A stretch of DNA of 64,000 bases from Vermamoeba vermiformis (GCA_045837725.1 JBEWZL010000243.1:248001-312000), one strand, 5' to 3'; numbered from the stretch's first letter, positions 25,159 through 39,015 are shown. Notes: a model not told the origin generated them from the letters alone. Numbers and translations are program-made.

Positions 25159-25742
25159 CTTTGACCCCCTAGCTAGCTATAGGATCGTTGCATTTAGATA
25201 TTCATTAACCGATTTTTATTCACGGAACAATGGCACGCGAGTCTGAAGACAGGTTGTATGACGTGCGGTCTGCAGTGCAGTTACTCCCCACCACATTGTA
25301 TTTGCGCCAATATCACACGCCACAGTGCGCGGACACAGCGACAAAAGCCACAAACACAAGCTCTGTACAGTAGTGCTACAACTCGTTCTCTGCGCTGCTT
25401 TATTTATTAAAACGCGGCCTCAGAACAGTAATCTCAATTCTAATTGTAAATACCACGCACAGCAGCCTCGCATCAGTATTGTATATATATCCCGCTGTGT
25501 TCGAGACACGTGACGTGTGACTGCAGACCTCACCGACCTGTTGCCTATCTTCAGCTGAAATGTAATTGTTGCGATTAATAAAGCTAGTATAATTGATCCC
25601 ATCCACTCGCTATTCATCTATATATATTATTAGTGTTGCATGTTAGCCCCTGATTGCTGGCCAGTGCGGGTAATTTCAAACCGACTTATTTTCACATAAA
25701 ATACTGCTCATATTTCAGCCTATTGATTAAACAAGCAACAAC

Positions 25743-26930
25743 ATGGCAGTGCGATCAAGAACACGATTATATAAAGAGTATAGAGAGAGCTTGGGAAAGT
25801 CAGCACGCAAGGAGGTTACGATCGACATCGGGTCAGACAGAAAGATCATTAAACAGGAACTCCTTGGCGCCAATGGCTCTAGTCATTTAGACACTTCTAA
25901 AATGCCACCTGAGTGGCTGACGAGTGTTAATCAAATTAACGACGAAATTGATAGAATCCGCATAAAAAGTAAATAGAAATAGAAAATACGAAAATATTCA
26001 AATTAATTATGGCGCATTATTTATTGAAATATATTTGCTAAACGTGCATATTATGAGATATTCACAAATTATATTTACAGTGGACGAATTATCCGATATT
26101 CATAAAAGACATCTGCTGCAGGCTGGCATGGACGACAGAAATGATGAAAGAGCAATTGAAATATTGACTAGCGAAGTGACGAGGGTATGTAGGAGCTTGA
26201 TTGCAGTGCAACATAGACTGGCGGTGGACTGACCTTAACAGATGTTTCATCGCTGTCAAGACAAAGTGAAGCGCATTGGTACAGGCGAGGACCTCAATTC
26301 GCAAGAGGAGCTCATTAAGAAGAATGTGCAGGGCACTCTCGCTCAACGACTGCAAGACCTGTCAATTGTCTTCCGCAAGCACCAAAAGGACTATTTAAAC
26401 AGTACGTGTTCGAGAGCACATTACCATATTAGTACATGTCTCGTATCTGACACGCGTCACAGAGATACGTGGTCGACAAGAGCGCGGCAGTCGATTCGTG
26501 TCCACCGCACTGGACGAGACAGATGACGACGACACATCGTTCTTTGACCGCGGCTTTGACGACCATCAAATGCAGATGATGAACATGACACAGGCGCAGA
26601 TTGCTCAGCGCGAAAAGGACATCAAACAGATTGCCAAGTCCATTCAAGAGATTGCAGTGCTGTTCAATGACCTCGCCACGCTCGTGCAAGAACAGGGCAC
26701 CATTCTCGATCGCATCGATTACAACATTGAACAGGCCAGTTATCACACCAAAGAGGCGGTGGTGCAGCTGCGAGGGGTGAGTTAGCGGCTATATATATTG
26801 ACGTCTCCTCTAATCGTTGTGTTAGGCACAAGAAGAGTCCAAGAAGTACGGCAGTAAATTGTGCATATTGTTGTTGATTGTGTTGATATTTGGTGTCATT
26901 GTAGCGATTATAGTCAAGGTGAGCAAGTAA
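25743..26930 (+). CDS. STX16: Syntaxin-16 / Tlg2 (Qa-SNARE)
   Basis: N-peptide MAVRSRTRLYKEYR, PPEW motif, LQDLSIVFRKHQKDYL, SNARE motif LVQEQGTILDRIDYNIE, C-terminal TM helix. Confidence 0.92.
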
Positions 26931-27050
26931 TGCTCGTGTAAACTCTTATTTATTCTACGCGCACTCTGCTTATTATCGCACTGCTATCAAGTCCATGGGT
27001 ACAGCTAATTCTATCGGGTTTATTATTTACAATTGAGCATGCACGCTCGT

Positions 27051-28070
<1,020 letters not shown>

Positions 28071-28203
28071 GAGTGTGTGAGAATACTCTTTACTTACGCG
28101 CGCAACCCATTTGTTCCGCGAGCACGTGATCGATCCAAAAAAAAAAAGAATGTTCGCGAATTCTTAGAAGTACTCAAGGATAGGTCAAATCACCAAACAA
28201 GCC

Positions 28204-29143
28204 ATGCCACCAAAAGCGAAGGAGGGTAAAGAAAAAACATTAACTGAGGCCGAAGGTAAGCCTGTAATCGTGGACTCAAAGCGAGATCTAACACCGAAAC
28301 CAATTTTTAGCGAAGAAAATGGTCCTAGAATATGTAGATAGGGTAAATATATTTTAAAATTAATTGGAGTGAGTTAATTTATGCTCATTTGATTTTTTAA
28401 AATTCAGGAAAATAGGCCTTTCAATGAGAAATTGATTTTCGAGAATCTGCAGTTAAAAGATCGCGTAAAGCCAGCGACTTACAAAAAGATCATCGAAGAT
28501 TTAATTAGTTCAGGCGACATAACGGAGAAGACCGTCAAAAAGGCGAAGATCCTGTTCGCCGATCAGTCAAAGAAGCCCGAGGTAGACAAAGTAGGTCTGC
28601 AGAAGATGGAAGGAGAGATTGCACAGCTCCGAGACGAGTACGACGGACTGCAAACACGACTGCGCGAGTTGGAACAAGAGCGCAATCAGCTGAAACAACA
28701 GCTGACGAACGAAGAGCTCGAAGCAGAGCTCAAAAAGTACACTAAGGAGGTGCGTTCAAAACATTAGCGAGGGGCTATAACTAGTGCTTACATGTTGATT
28801 ACTAGAACGAAGAGCTGTCTGCTAGGTTAGAAGGGTTCCGATCTGGCACTCAAAAGCCAATTACCGCAGAAGAGAAGAAGAAGATCGAGAACGCCTACAA
28901 GACTACTAAAACGGCGTGGAAATCTCGCAAGAGAATGGTTGGTATAAACCACTCACTACCTCGGTTGTACTAATGCCGGTTGTGTAGTTCAGCGAAATCA
29001 GCTCGACATTTCAAGAGAACATGGATCCCAAGCAATTCAAGAAGATGCGAGTGGATTTGGGCATATCTACTGACGAAGAGAACAAAGTACATCCCGACAA
29101 CGACAATACCAGCAAGTTCTTGAAGTCTGCCACTGGCAAGTAA
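28204..29143 (+). CDS. HOP2: Homologous-pairing protein HOP2 (TBPIP/PSMC3IP)
   Basis: Winged helix VLEYVDRENRPFNEKLIFENL...LISSGDITEKTVKKAKILFADQ, then coiled coil LTNEELEAE and C-terminal AWKSRKRMF...LGISTDEE. Confidence 0.85.
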
Positions 29144-29242
29144 TACACACTGTTGTATCTATCTTATGTACATAGTTTTATTTTTGAGCCCAATTAGCAT
29201 TGTACAGCGGGCTCCCTTGTGTTCTAACAGTAAAATACAATC

Positions 29243-32200
29243 TTACACCTTTGTTCGCTCGCGCAAGAATGAGATGACATCGTCCAAGTCCTCTTCATCT
29301 TCCTCTTCATCGCCTGAATCGTCCCTCGCTACTTTGCTCGGTGTGACGGGGATGGGTGGGGGTTGTGGCGGGGGTGTTGGTTTGACGGTGGGTGGTGACT
29401 TGGACAGCTTGTCACTGGATTTGACACTCGACACCGAGCTGAACAACTGATCGCGTGACAGCGAGGCTTGTGAAGAGGTGAGTGAGCTGAGTCGCGTGGA
29501 CGAAGTGTCATCCGAGTGCGTGCTCTCATCCTCGTCTTGGAAAAAGATGTGGGACAGTAGTTCTGAGGCTGAGGGACGCAATTTGACGTCGCGTTGAAAG
29601 CACAGCGTCAAGAAGTCTTTGGCTTTGTCGGACAAATTGGCTGGCATGGCCGGTATTTGACCTGACGAGCCGATTTTGAACAGTGCGGTGACCGGTGCCA
29701 GTTCTGCGAAGGGCGGTCGACCAGTGGCCATCTCAATCACCACTGCACCCACACTCCAAATATCTGCTTTGCGACCATAGCTGCTGGCACTCACTCCTTC
29801 ATTGCCGTAACCTTGTTGAATCACTTCAGGGGCCATCCAATAGGGGGAGCCCAGCACTGTCTTGCAGCCCTCAGAGAAAGACACAATGTCTGCGAGCTTC
29901 TTGCTGGCACCAAAGTCTGCCAGCTTGACAGTGCCGTTGCTGTCCACGAGTATATTGCCGCCCTTGATGTCTGTGCGCGCGTGAGTACAATTGCATGGTA
30001 TCAATCACGTGCTTACCTCTGTGCGCGATGCCATTGTCGTGCAAGTACTTGAGACCTTGCAAGATCTGTTTGGTGAATGAGCGAATGATCTTTTCATTGA
30101 ACTGTTTGAACTTAGAGAGCAGTGTAGCAATAGAGCCGCCAGACTGATATTCCAAGAAAATATTCAGCTTGTCTTCCACGCGCTCTGAGCCCAAGTACCG
30201 CACAATATTCTCGTGATCGAGATCTTGCATCAATTCAATCTCTTTCTGCAGCGCTGTCACTTTGGCTGAAGCATCGGCGTTCTCGCGCGGAATAGTGACT
30301 TGTTTGACGGCAATCAACTCGCCCGTGTCCGTGTGCATGCCCAAGAACACTTTGCCGAAGCCACCCTCGCCCAACAGCTCGCCTTTCTGCCAGCGAATCA
30401 CACGCTTGGCCTTGCTCTTGATGGCATTGGGTGAAGTGACTTCAGCGGAGCGACGATTGCTGCCGTGACTGCTCGTCATCTCCGCTGAACGACGCGTGTT
30501 CATGTTGAGTGCTGACGAGGTAGATGTGATGCTGTTGGACGAGGAGAGCGAGGTGTCGTTGTTGTTGAACGAGCCGAGCGAGGGATAGGGCGACTGATCG
30601 GAGGACAAGTAGAGCTTGAGCGAGGTCTGCTGCGTGGTCTCGAGGGTGTGCGTGATGGCCTCGTCGAGATCTGATTGGTTGCGCACTGTGATGTAATCGC
30701 CCTCTTCATCTGTCGATCAAGGGCTGGTCAGAGTCTGACTCATAGATGACACGTGTCAAACACCTACCTTCGTATTGAATGCGCAGTGTCGTCGTGTTGT
30801 ACTCGTGTGACAGGCGCGTGGACAGCTCGGTGTAGTTGACATCTGTCGTCACTGACAGCACACGAATCTCGTCGTTGTAGTGACACTTGAGACGAATCTG
30901 TCACGTGATTGGTCAGTCACCTGTCAACTATGTCACGTGCTCGCATTACCTTTTTTGTATTTTTCTTGTGTGACTTGCCGTTGCTTGACGAGGCAGTGTT
31001 TGACACGCTGGTCTGTTTCTGTTCGGACACCTGTTTGACATCGATCTTCTCCTCTGTTTGACACGTGATCAGAACCCGTCACGTGATCGCTTTCACTGAA
31101 TACTTACCGCTGACCAGTGTGAAGATGTCTTTGAAACAAAAATCGTATGCATTCTTGCCAAACACGACGTACTATAAATAGAACCGCGGTCAGTGGTGGT
31201 GAATTACCAAATAAGGCAGTGCAGATGCACGTACAGGTTTGTCTTGCACCAACACCGCGCTGTGAAAATATCGTGCTGTGAGTGCGTGCATCGCTGTGGT
31301 GCCTGTCACGTGACTGTCCGTGCTGATCTTGGTCCAGCGCGCAGTGATTGGTGCATCGGAGTTATTGCCTTCTTTGGTCAGTGTCACACGCCACGTGTCA
31401 CCAAAGTGCGCCACTTTGTCGCGTCCTCCGAACAGCCAGCCCACGCCGTGTTTGGTGAGCAGCAGCGAGTGCCCCCAGCGCGGGGTCGGTCTGTCAGGGC
31501 CCTGCACCGTGATCGCGCGACACACCTCCGTGGCGAGATCCAGGGCCCACAAGTCGTTGAAGGGCTCGTCTGAGCCACTCTTGCCGCCAAACAAGACGAG
31601 CTGTCCCGCCCACTGCGCGCAGTCGTGGTGATAGCGCTCGAGCGAGGGATTGGGCACCGTGCCACTGCCGTTCAGTGAACTAGCGCTGAACACGTGACTC
31701 GAGTCCAGGCGGTACTTGACGCGCTCCCAGTGATTGGCGTCAAAGTTGTACTTGTGCAGCGTGTCGCAGGTGAAGCCGTGCTGATCGTAGCCGCCGAACA
31801 CGAACAGACACGTGTCATGCACCACGGCTCGGTGACCAAAGCGCGCGAGTGGACCTTTGTTGTGCGGTGTGACGAGTTGCCAGCGCCGCTTGCTGAACTG
31901 ATAGCGGTACATGTCTGCGTGATAGCCATTGCTCTTGCCACCGTGGATCCACATCTCATTGCGATAGGTCACAGCGACGTGTAAATTGCGTGGACAAGGC
32001 ACCTCTTTGTTCTCTCTGTTGCCAGCATGTTCTTGTTGCCACTCCTTAGTCTCTGTAGTCACCAATTGAGAGTAAATGGACGGTGTTGGATCAAATTAAT
32101 TATTTAGGCCATTCAATTTCAGTATTAAAGGCTCATTTGAACGCCAAAAAATCATAATAAAATTGAAACAATATAATCAATATTAATACAGGCTATAACT

Positions 32201-32410
32201 GGCTTGTGAGACCAAATTTCTAGATTTAACCACAGACTTACGTGTGTTGAATGAATACACAGCATTTGAAAAAATTCCATTGCGATCAGAACCGCCGAAT
32301 ACATATATAATATTATTGTAGACTACTGACGAATGCCCGCTCAGGCCCGGAGCGAAAGGACATTCGGGCAGTTCGATCCACGACTCTTTTGTTTGACTGT
32401 TGTTGGCCAT
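29243..32410 (-). CDS. Kelch-repeat + PB1 + STE11/MAP3K kinase
   Basis: Kelch repeats (GHSSVVYNNIIYVFGG, RFGHRAVVHDTCLFVFGG, RWGHSL). PB1 domain (IRLKCHYNDEIR...IQYEDEEGDYITVRNQSDL). Kinase domain (WQKGELLGEGGFGKV, HRDIKGGNILV, DFGASK, GSPYWMAPEV). Joined in frame by GT-AG introns. Confidence 0.88.
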
Positions 32411-32689
32411 TAGTGTGACATTAATATGTATCCTCTGTTATATTAGTCTCCATGTGTTCATTGCCAATCGAGTTGTGTTTGTGTTCTCGCTCGCAGTGAA
32501 ATTTGCTAGTGCAATTCTCATTCGCTGAACAGAACAGCTCTGGTTCAAACTAGACTCAGTTATAGTTTTACTATATTAACACTAGTGGCCACATTAAAAA
32601 TTAGTCAGGTGCTTGTATAGTACACTCAGCCAGTACCACTCGGTTACGAACAAAGTTTATTATTTTAGGTACATCCACATTCACCGCTC

Positions 32690-34174
32690 TTAAGCATAAT
32701 AGAGCTGCGAGGTCTTCTTCTTGGCCTGCACTTGCGCCACAGCCTCCATAAAGTCCTCGTGCGTCAGTTCGTGTCCTCCGCGGCGCAGTGCGTTCATGCC
32801 CGCCTCCACGCAGGTCGCTTTGAGCATGGCGCCGTTGAAGTCGGTGGTGCTGCGCGCAATTTCATCGAGATTGACGCCCGGACTGCAGGTCATCTTGCGC
32901 GAGTGAATCTCCAAGATGTGTTTGCGACCCTGCTCGTTGGGCAAGGGGAACTCAATCTTGCGGTCAAATCGTCCCGAGCGCAGCAGTGCCGCATCGAGCA
33001 CGTCAATTCTGTTGGTGGCCGCGATCACTTTGATGTCGTCGTCGGAGCTGAAGCCGTCGAGTTGATTCAGCAGCTCCAACATGGTGCGCTGGACCTCTCT
33101 GTCACCCGCGAGATCGCTGTCAAATCGCTTGGTGCCAATCGCGTCCAGTTCGTCGATGAAGATGATCGCTGGCTTCTTCTCCTTGGCCAGGGCAAAGGCA
33201 TCGCGCACGAGCTTGGCGCCGTCACCGATGAACATCTGCACCAGCTGCGGACCAGCGAGCTTGAGGAAGGTGCTGTTGGTCTGTGCCGCACACGCGCGTG
33301 CCATGAGAGTCTTGCCCGTGCCAGGGGGGCCGTACATGAGCACGCCTTTGGGTGGCTTGATGCCCACTGCTTCGAAGTGCGCCTTGTGCTTGATGGGCAA
33401 CACCACTGCGTCCATCAGCTCCTCCATCTGCTTCTCGAGACCGCCCACATCACCCCACTTCTCTTTGGGACGCTCATCGACCTCCATGGCCTTGACGCGC
33501 GAATCATATTCCGAGGGCAGTGTGTCCAGCACCAAATAGCTGTCTTTGTTCACGCCGACCAAGTCACCGGGTCTCAGCTTGTCTGAGTCTACCAGACCAA
33601 TCACTGGCAAGAATATAGTCTGTGCAAGTGGTGCGTGTCAGCATCGGTATTGTTTGGAAATTAATAAAAAAAAAATAATAAAACAAAATTGAAAATAATT
33701 TGAAAAACTTTTCACTCACTTGACGTGTAGAGGTTTTAATAACTGAGCATTTTCCTTTGCGTTGTGAGTCCAAATCAATGTTAGCGCCTTCTTCTTCTTC
33801 CTCTTCGTTGGGCGGCAAATCTAGAATCTTCAAAAAAACAATAATTTAATTTCAGTGACCATTGTAGGCGTAAATTCATATATAAAAATTACCTCTACAA
33901 TATTTCCAACCAAGTAAGGCAATTGCTTGTTCAATTTAATCTTCTCGTGGTTGTCTTTAATTTTCTCCTTCATCTGCTTTATTTCTTGTTGCAATATTAA
34001 ACTCTCATTCTTAAGCACTTTAATTTCATTTTCAATCAATCGTGCTCTGCTGGTAATGTCCAATGACGAGGCATTGAGCAGATCTGCTGGAATCTCAATT
34101 TCTTTCAAGCTCTCCTCCAGGGACTTGGCAGGAGTCGCGGCTGTGGTAGGCTTCTCTTCTTTTTTATCAGCCAT
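32690..34174 (-). CDS. PSMC3: 26S proteasome ATPase Rpt5 (regulatory subunit 6A)
   Basis: [74 protein letters not shown]-terminal HbYX motif (YYA). Confidence 0.97.
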
Positions 34175-34370
34175 ATTCACGAATATAAGTGCACGACTGT
34201 TGTGTTTGACTGCGCGGCTAGTTGAAATTGATTAATTTTGAGTCAACACTCGGACGACGAAAAACTTTTGTTTAAATTTCACGTGCCCTGATTGATGAGG
34301 TTGTGGTGCTAAGGCAGATAATTTCTACACTCTAATAGTCAGCATCACTACACACCACATTATCCGCACC

Positions 34371-35247
34371 ATGGACGAGGGATTTGCTTTCAAACTTGGC
34401 ACGGGCCTATCACTGCTCTCGGGCTTGTTCTTTTATTTTGCAAAGAAAGAATATAATCAAGGGGACGCTATTAAAAATGCACCGGAAATTAAGGTAATAT
34501 TGCCGCATTTATAAGCGAGTTTGCCTGACCTTGAAGCCAGGTGTCAGATCTGCAGAAAGTAATTGCTACAAATAACAAATTATTTGCTAAAATTAGTGGC
34601 TATGTCACAACAAAACAGCCGATCAAATTAGAAAGTGGAGAAGAGGTAATTATTTAATTATTAAATGAAGTGTCGTAACAGCCACATCCAGGTCGTCATT
34701 CACCAACAACTCATCTTGGGCCGTTCAGTCAATCTTCGATGGCCCTCAAATTCGCTCTACCCAGTGCATCGCACGGAGAACAGAGCTGATTGGGGTCTGG
34801 CCAGTAGTCCTTCGCAGACCAATGACGGTACGGGTCAGATCTCACCTTACAACCCTCTAATACGGCTGATAATTAGATCTGCGCGTTACATACATTGCAC
34901 AGCCAGAGCTCGACACTATTTCTGAGCGCGAAGAGCCAGTGGGATCGAGTTTCATCTCCGCAGCATTCTCGTTGCTCGGCATCCGCTATCCGACCTCCTA
35001 TGTGCACCAAGTGAATGTACTGCGCCCTCATGTCAAGCTATTCGCAGTCGGTGAGGTCACAGCGAGCAGTGCTGGTCGCGAAGCTATTCTCGCACCAGGC
35101 GCAGGTCCCTTCATCGTGACGCGACTGAGCGAGCATGAAGTTGTGCAACAATTCGAGTCGAGAGCGCGCACGTGGCAGCAGTACAGCACTGGCACCGCAC
35201 TGGCTGGTCTGTCGCTGCTCGTGTATTCCTTGTACAAAAGCAAGTAA
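34371..35247 (+). CDS. GIDE-domain (MUL1/SP1-like) two-TM protein lacking the RING finger
   Basis: N-terminal TM, FAKISGYV, LRPHVKLFAVGEV...PGAGPFIVTRLSEHEVVQQFESRARTW, second TM, then a stop with no Cys/His RING. Confidence 0.65.
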
Positions 35248-35430
35248 ATACTGGGTGGGGTTGTACGCACTGGTGCAGTGAGGCAGTGGCATTGCCATAA
35301 TGATTTTAACGAAGAGACGTCTTACAACGCATTTTTCAATGAAATTGAATGCGTGGTCAGATCTGACTCCGAATCATTTCCAATTTACGCACCATTAACA
35401 CGAACACATATTCATTGATAACCACGCACC

Positions 35431-36924
35431 ATGGCAGATAAGATGAGAGCTAAGAAAGAGGCTGAGGCCGATGCGAAGATGAAAGAAGGCGACAAATAGT
35501 ATGAGTTATCGTAACAAACGCATTGCAGATCCGATTAATTAATTATTATTAATATTAGTGCATCTAGCGGATTTTTTAAGAAAGCAGATTGGAATAGTGC
35601 CGCTGGTGCTTATGAAAGTGCAGGTAAAATAATTTCCGTAATTGAAAAATTATTTGAAAATGTTTCTAATGCACTGCACTTCTGATTATTACACGCCAAA
35701 TAATATTATTATAATTACTAAATTACGTGCAGGTAATTCCTACAAAAATGCCAAGTCCAATGAGAAGGCCATCCAAGCCTTCACCAAAGCAGCACAGGCC
35801 TACATGAAGGACAAGCTGCCCAACAGTGCTGCCAAGTAGGCTATATTTAGCACTCATGAGCACGTGATTGACAGGCTATTTTAGGAACTACGAAGCAGCT
35901 GCGAGCTGTGCGACGGGCGAGGCAGCAGTGGAGCTGTTGGTGAGGTAAGTCTGACCTGCTGCTGCGTCACGTGACTGACTCGTTGATTGAACAGCTCGGC
36001 TAATTCACTGAAAGAAGGTGTAAGTGACACGTGTCAAATGGGAGCTCTGACCAATCACGTGCTGACTTGATTTGCAGGGACTCGGTGAGCGCGCAGGACA
36101 AGTGCTGGCCAAGGCTGCAAAGTAAGTGACAGGTGTCAAACAGTGACTCGCACCGACCAGTGACTGACAGGCAGTGGCAGGTTGTTGGAGGCCGATGCTC
36201 CCACACGCGCGAATGAGCTGTACAAAGAGGCCGTGGAGCTGTACGAGATTGAGAACAAGGAGCACATGGCCTCGGAGTTGTTCCGCAATGTCACTTCCTT
36301 CTACATTCGCGCGCAGATGTGAGTGTGACAGGTGTCAAGTGGTGACAGGCGACACTGACCTCGTTGTGACAGGTGGAATGAGCTGTTGGAGCTGTGGACG
36401 CGTGTCATGAAACAGCTGCAAAAAGATCAGCTGTTCGTCGAGCTGTACCGCGTCTATCTGAGCGTCATCATCGTGCACTTGTTCCGCAATGATTACGTCG
36501 CCGCTGATCGTGCTTACTCGCAGTTTGCTGGGTACGCATTGCCTAATTAGGAAATGTCGTAACTAACTCTCGCACAGCACGGAGGGATTTGTCGTGTCTG
36601 ATGAGGCAGTGCTCGCCAACACCTTGTTGAATGCCTATCAACGTATGTACAGCCTAATGTAGTAATTGCCTTATATAGTAATATTGATCGGTGCCTCTAG
36701 TCAACAGCCCTGAAGACTTGAAAAAAGCGCAGTCGAACATTCTCATCACATTCTTGGACCACGAGGTACGTCCTCAATACTAATATATAGCGATGCACAC
36801 ACACAATATATCTCTATATTCACCTCTCCTATAAATATTCCCTGAGCTCATCACTCGCATTTAGATCGCAAAGCTGGCCAAGAAATTGACGATTGCTGAA
36901 AGTGACAAGGACAGCCTGTTGTAA
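35431..36924 (+). CDS. NAPG: Gamma-SNAP (gamma-soluble NSF attachment protein), many small exons
   Basis: FFKKADWNSAAGAYESAGNSYKNAK, AAKNYEAAA, LAKAAKLLE, ELYKEAVELYE, LSVIIVHLFRNDYVAAD, FLDHEIAKLAKKL; spliced by hand. Confidence 0.88.
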
Positions 36925-37145
36925 CACTGCTTGTGCACTCGTGATTGTAAATAATAGCAGTAGCAGTATTTACTATGAGCATGTCCCTATATATTGCTGG
37001 TGCATTGTAGTGGCAGATCTGCTCGTTGAACTCAGTTAATTTCGACTTTATACATATTTGTACAGGGTAATTGCAATTCATCAGTGCACATGTGGACTTT
37101 GATGCAGTCATATTAATATCTGCTGTAGTCAAATGACATCTGCTG

Positions 37146-37515
37146 TTAATTTTTTGCCTCGTTGTCGCCGCTCGGTTCGGATGTGGTTTGTCCAGGGAAA
37201 GGTCGTTCTTTTTTCATATGTTCATATTTAGCGCGTTGCTTACGAGCTTCTTCCAAATTCTTTTGCTTGCTTTGTAAATACTGAGAATAATAACAATAAT
37301 TATTAAAATATTTGGATCCGGAGTTAATCGTGACGTCACATTACCTCTTCGTACAAACACTTGTCGAGTTCAGTGCGCAATTCATTGCACGCGCCAAAGA
37401 ACTTGCCGACTTGATTCTCTTGATGACACTGCTGGAACCGTTCAATAACGTCCTTGCACAGTGGATGCAGATGCAGCGCGAGGGGCGGGTGCACGAGGAA
37501 GGTGAGATTGTTCAT
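37146..37515 (-). CDS. CMC2: Twin CX9C mitochondrial IMS protein CMC2
   Basis: HPPLALHLHPLCKDVIERFQQCHQENQVGKFFGACNELRTELDKCLYEE (two CX9C motifs and KFFGxCN); one intron. Confidence 0.88.
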
Positions 37516-37708
37516 GGCAAGGCGCTTGTGTTATATATACGCACTTGTTGTCAATGTACGTGTGACTGGAGGACAAATCACTTTGTTCAGGCCTCTTTTT
37601 TGGCCAGAAAAATTTCGATCAGATCGCCAGCCAAAATTTTGTGCGAAGACTAAGAACAATTGTTATATAGTGCTTGATCGAGTGGCCACATATACAATAC
37701 AAATAATA

Positions 37709-38874
37709 ATGGAGACTCAAAAGCCGTTGTCATTGCCCGGTTCAGCCCCGTACGAGAACGTGTTGATCAGCCCAGTGGTGGTGTTTAATATTCTCGATCA
37801 CTTTGTGCGCCGCGGTGAAAATCAAGCGCGCGTGATTGGCACGCTGTTGGGCACGATCAACGAAGAGGATGGCACTGTGGTTATTTCAAACTCTTATCCT
37901 GTCCCTCACACTGAAACCGAGCAGGTAATAATTATTATACGATATTATTAGTATTATAATTAATTTTCAGTTAATTATTAAGCTGATATTTTTTTCAGAA
38001 TCCGATCTCCCATTATATTTTAATTATTTTATCGTCTAATAATTCGAATATGCATTAATACTCTTATTTTCTAAAAAGGTCGTTGTTAATATGGAATTCC
38101 ATCGTAATATGATGGCTTTATACAAAAAAATCGCCCCAGATGAGGTGATCGTTGGCTGGTAAGTCGTCTTATTTCTGATGATCGCACTGCTTATTCTCGA
38201 TACTACCATGCACTACGACATATGCACGATGCTGACCAATCACCAGGTACGCAACAGGCTCGCGCTTGTACGACACGAGTCAGCTGATCCACAACTTTTA
38301 CTGGCGCGAGATGAATGCCCCGCCAGTGCACTTGTTAGTCACGGTGCCAGAGGGCGAGTCTACTGCCAAGCCCACGATGGGCAAGCGCGCAGCAGTGACC
38401 GATCAACTGACCGTGCTGCCGCTGTACAGTCAACAGCTGGCCCTGAGTGAGCGCGGCACACTGCAAGAACAATTTCACCCGCTCAATTACCAGCTCTTGA
38501 CGGGCCCTGCTGACCGCGTGGCCTTCGACGCACTGACCAGCGAACTGACTGCCGAGACGGTCGATGCCAATGCACCGCTCAAGCTCAGCGACCTCGCCAC
38601 ACTCGAACACGCAGTCACGCGCGTGCTGCAGTACATTGAACAGGTGCACGACTACTTGTCGCGCGTGGTGGACGGCAAGGAACAGACGCCGAGTGCGGAG
38701 GTGGGTCGATTGATCAGCGACACTCTCGCGCTGTTGCCGCACTCCGAGCCCAATTTTGAAAAGATATTCACGCACGGACTGCAAGATGTGCTCATGCTCG
38801 TCTACTTGGCCAACTTGACGCGCACGCACTTGTTGCTCGCGGAGAAATTGCGCGATCAGACCAGCACCCTCTAA
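37709..38874 (+). CDS. EIF3F: Translation initiation factor eIF3 subunit F (MPN domain)
   Basis: PVVVFNILDHFVRR...RVIGTLLG, NSYPVPHTE, EVIVGWYATG, LIHNFY, LQDVLMLVYLANLTRTHLLLAEKL. Confidence 0.92.
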
Positions 38875-39015
38875 CAGTATAATATAGTCGTCATCATCAT
38901 ACCCCTGCTCGCACTCGCGTTTTTGTACAACTTTTGCGAAATTAAAAAAACACCTTAAACAGCACTGCACAGAGCTATCACGATATATATATATATTATT
39001 ATAGTACAACAGGCC

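Noticed and set aside
25267-25529. 10-bp perfect inverted repeat GGTCTGCAGT / ACTGCAGACC about 250 bp apart
   Set aside because: Short, built on a common CTGCAG core, with no TSD or second copy; likely chance.
32732-33586. Long antisense or alternate-frame ORFs (also 40927-41865, 8285-9007, 38335-39009, 15957-16562)
   Set aside because: Shadow ORFs opposite GC3-rich conserved genes; no recognisable motifs.
37492-37515. GTG at the position of the usual CMC2 initiator (MHPxL), suggesting a non-AUG start
   Set aside because: An in-frame ATG lies seven codons upstream; a short extension is the simpler explanation.
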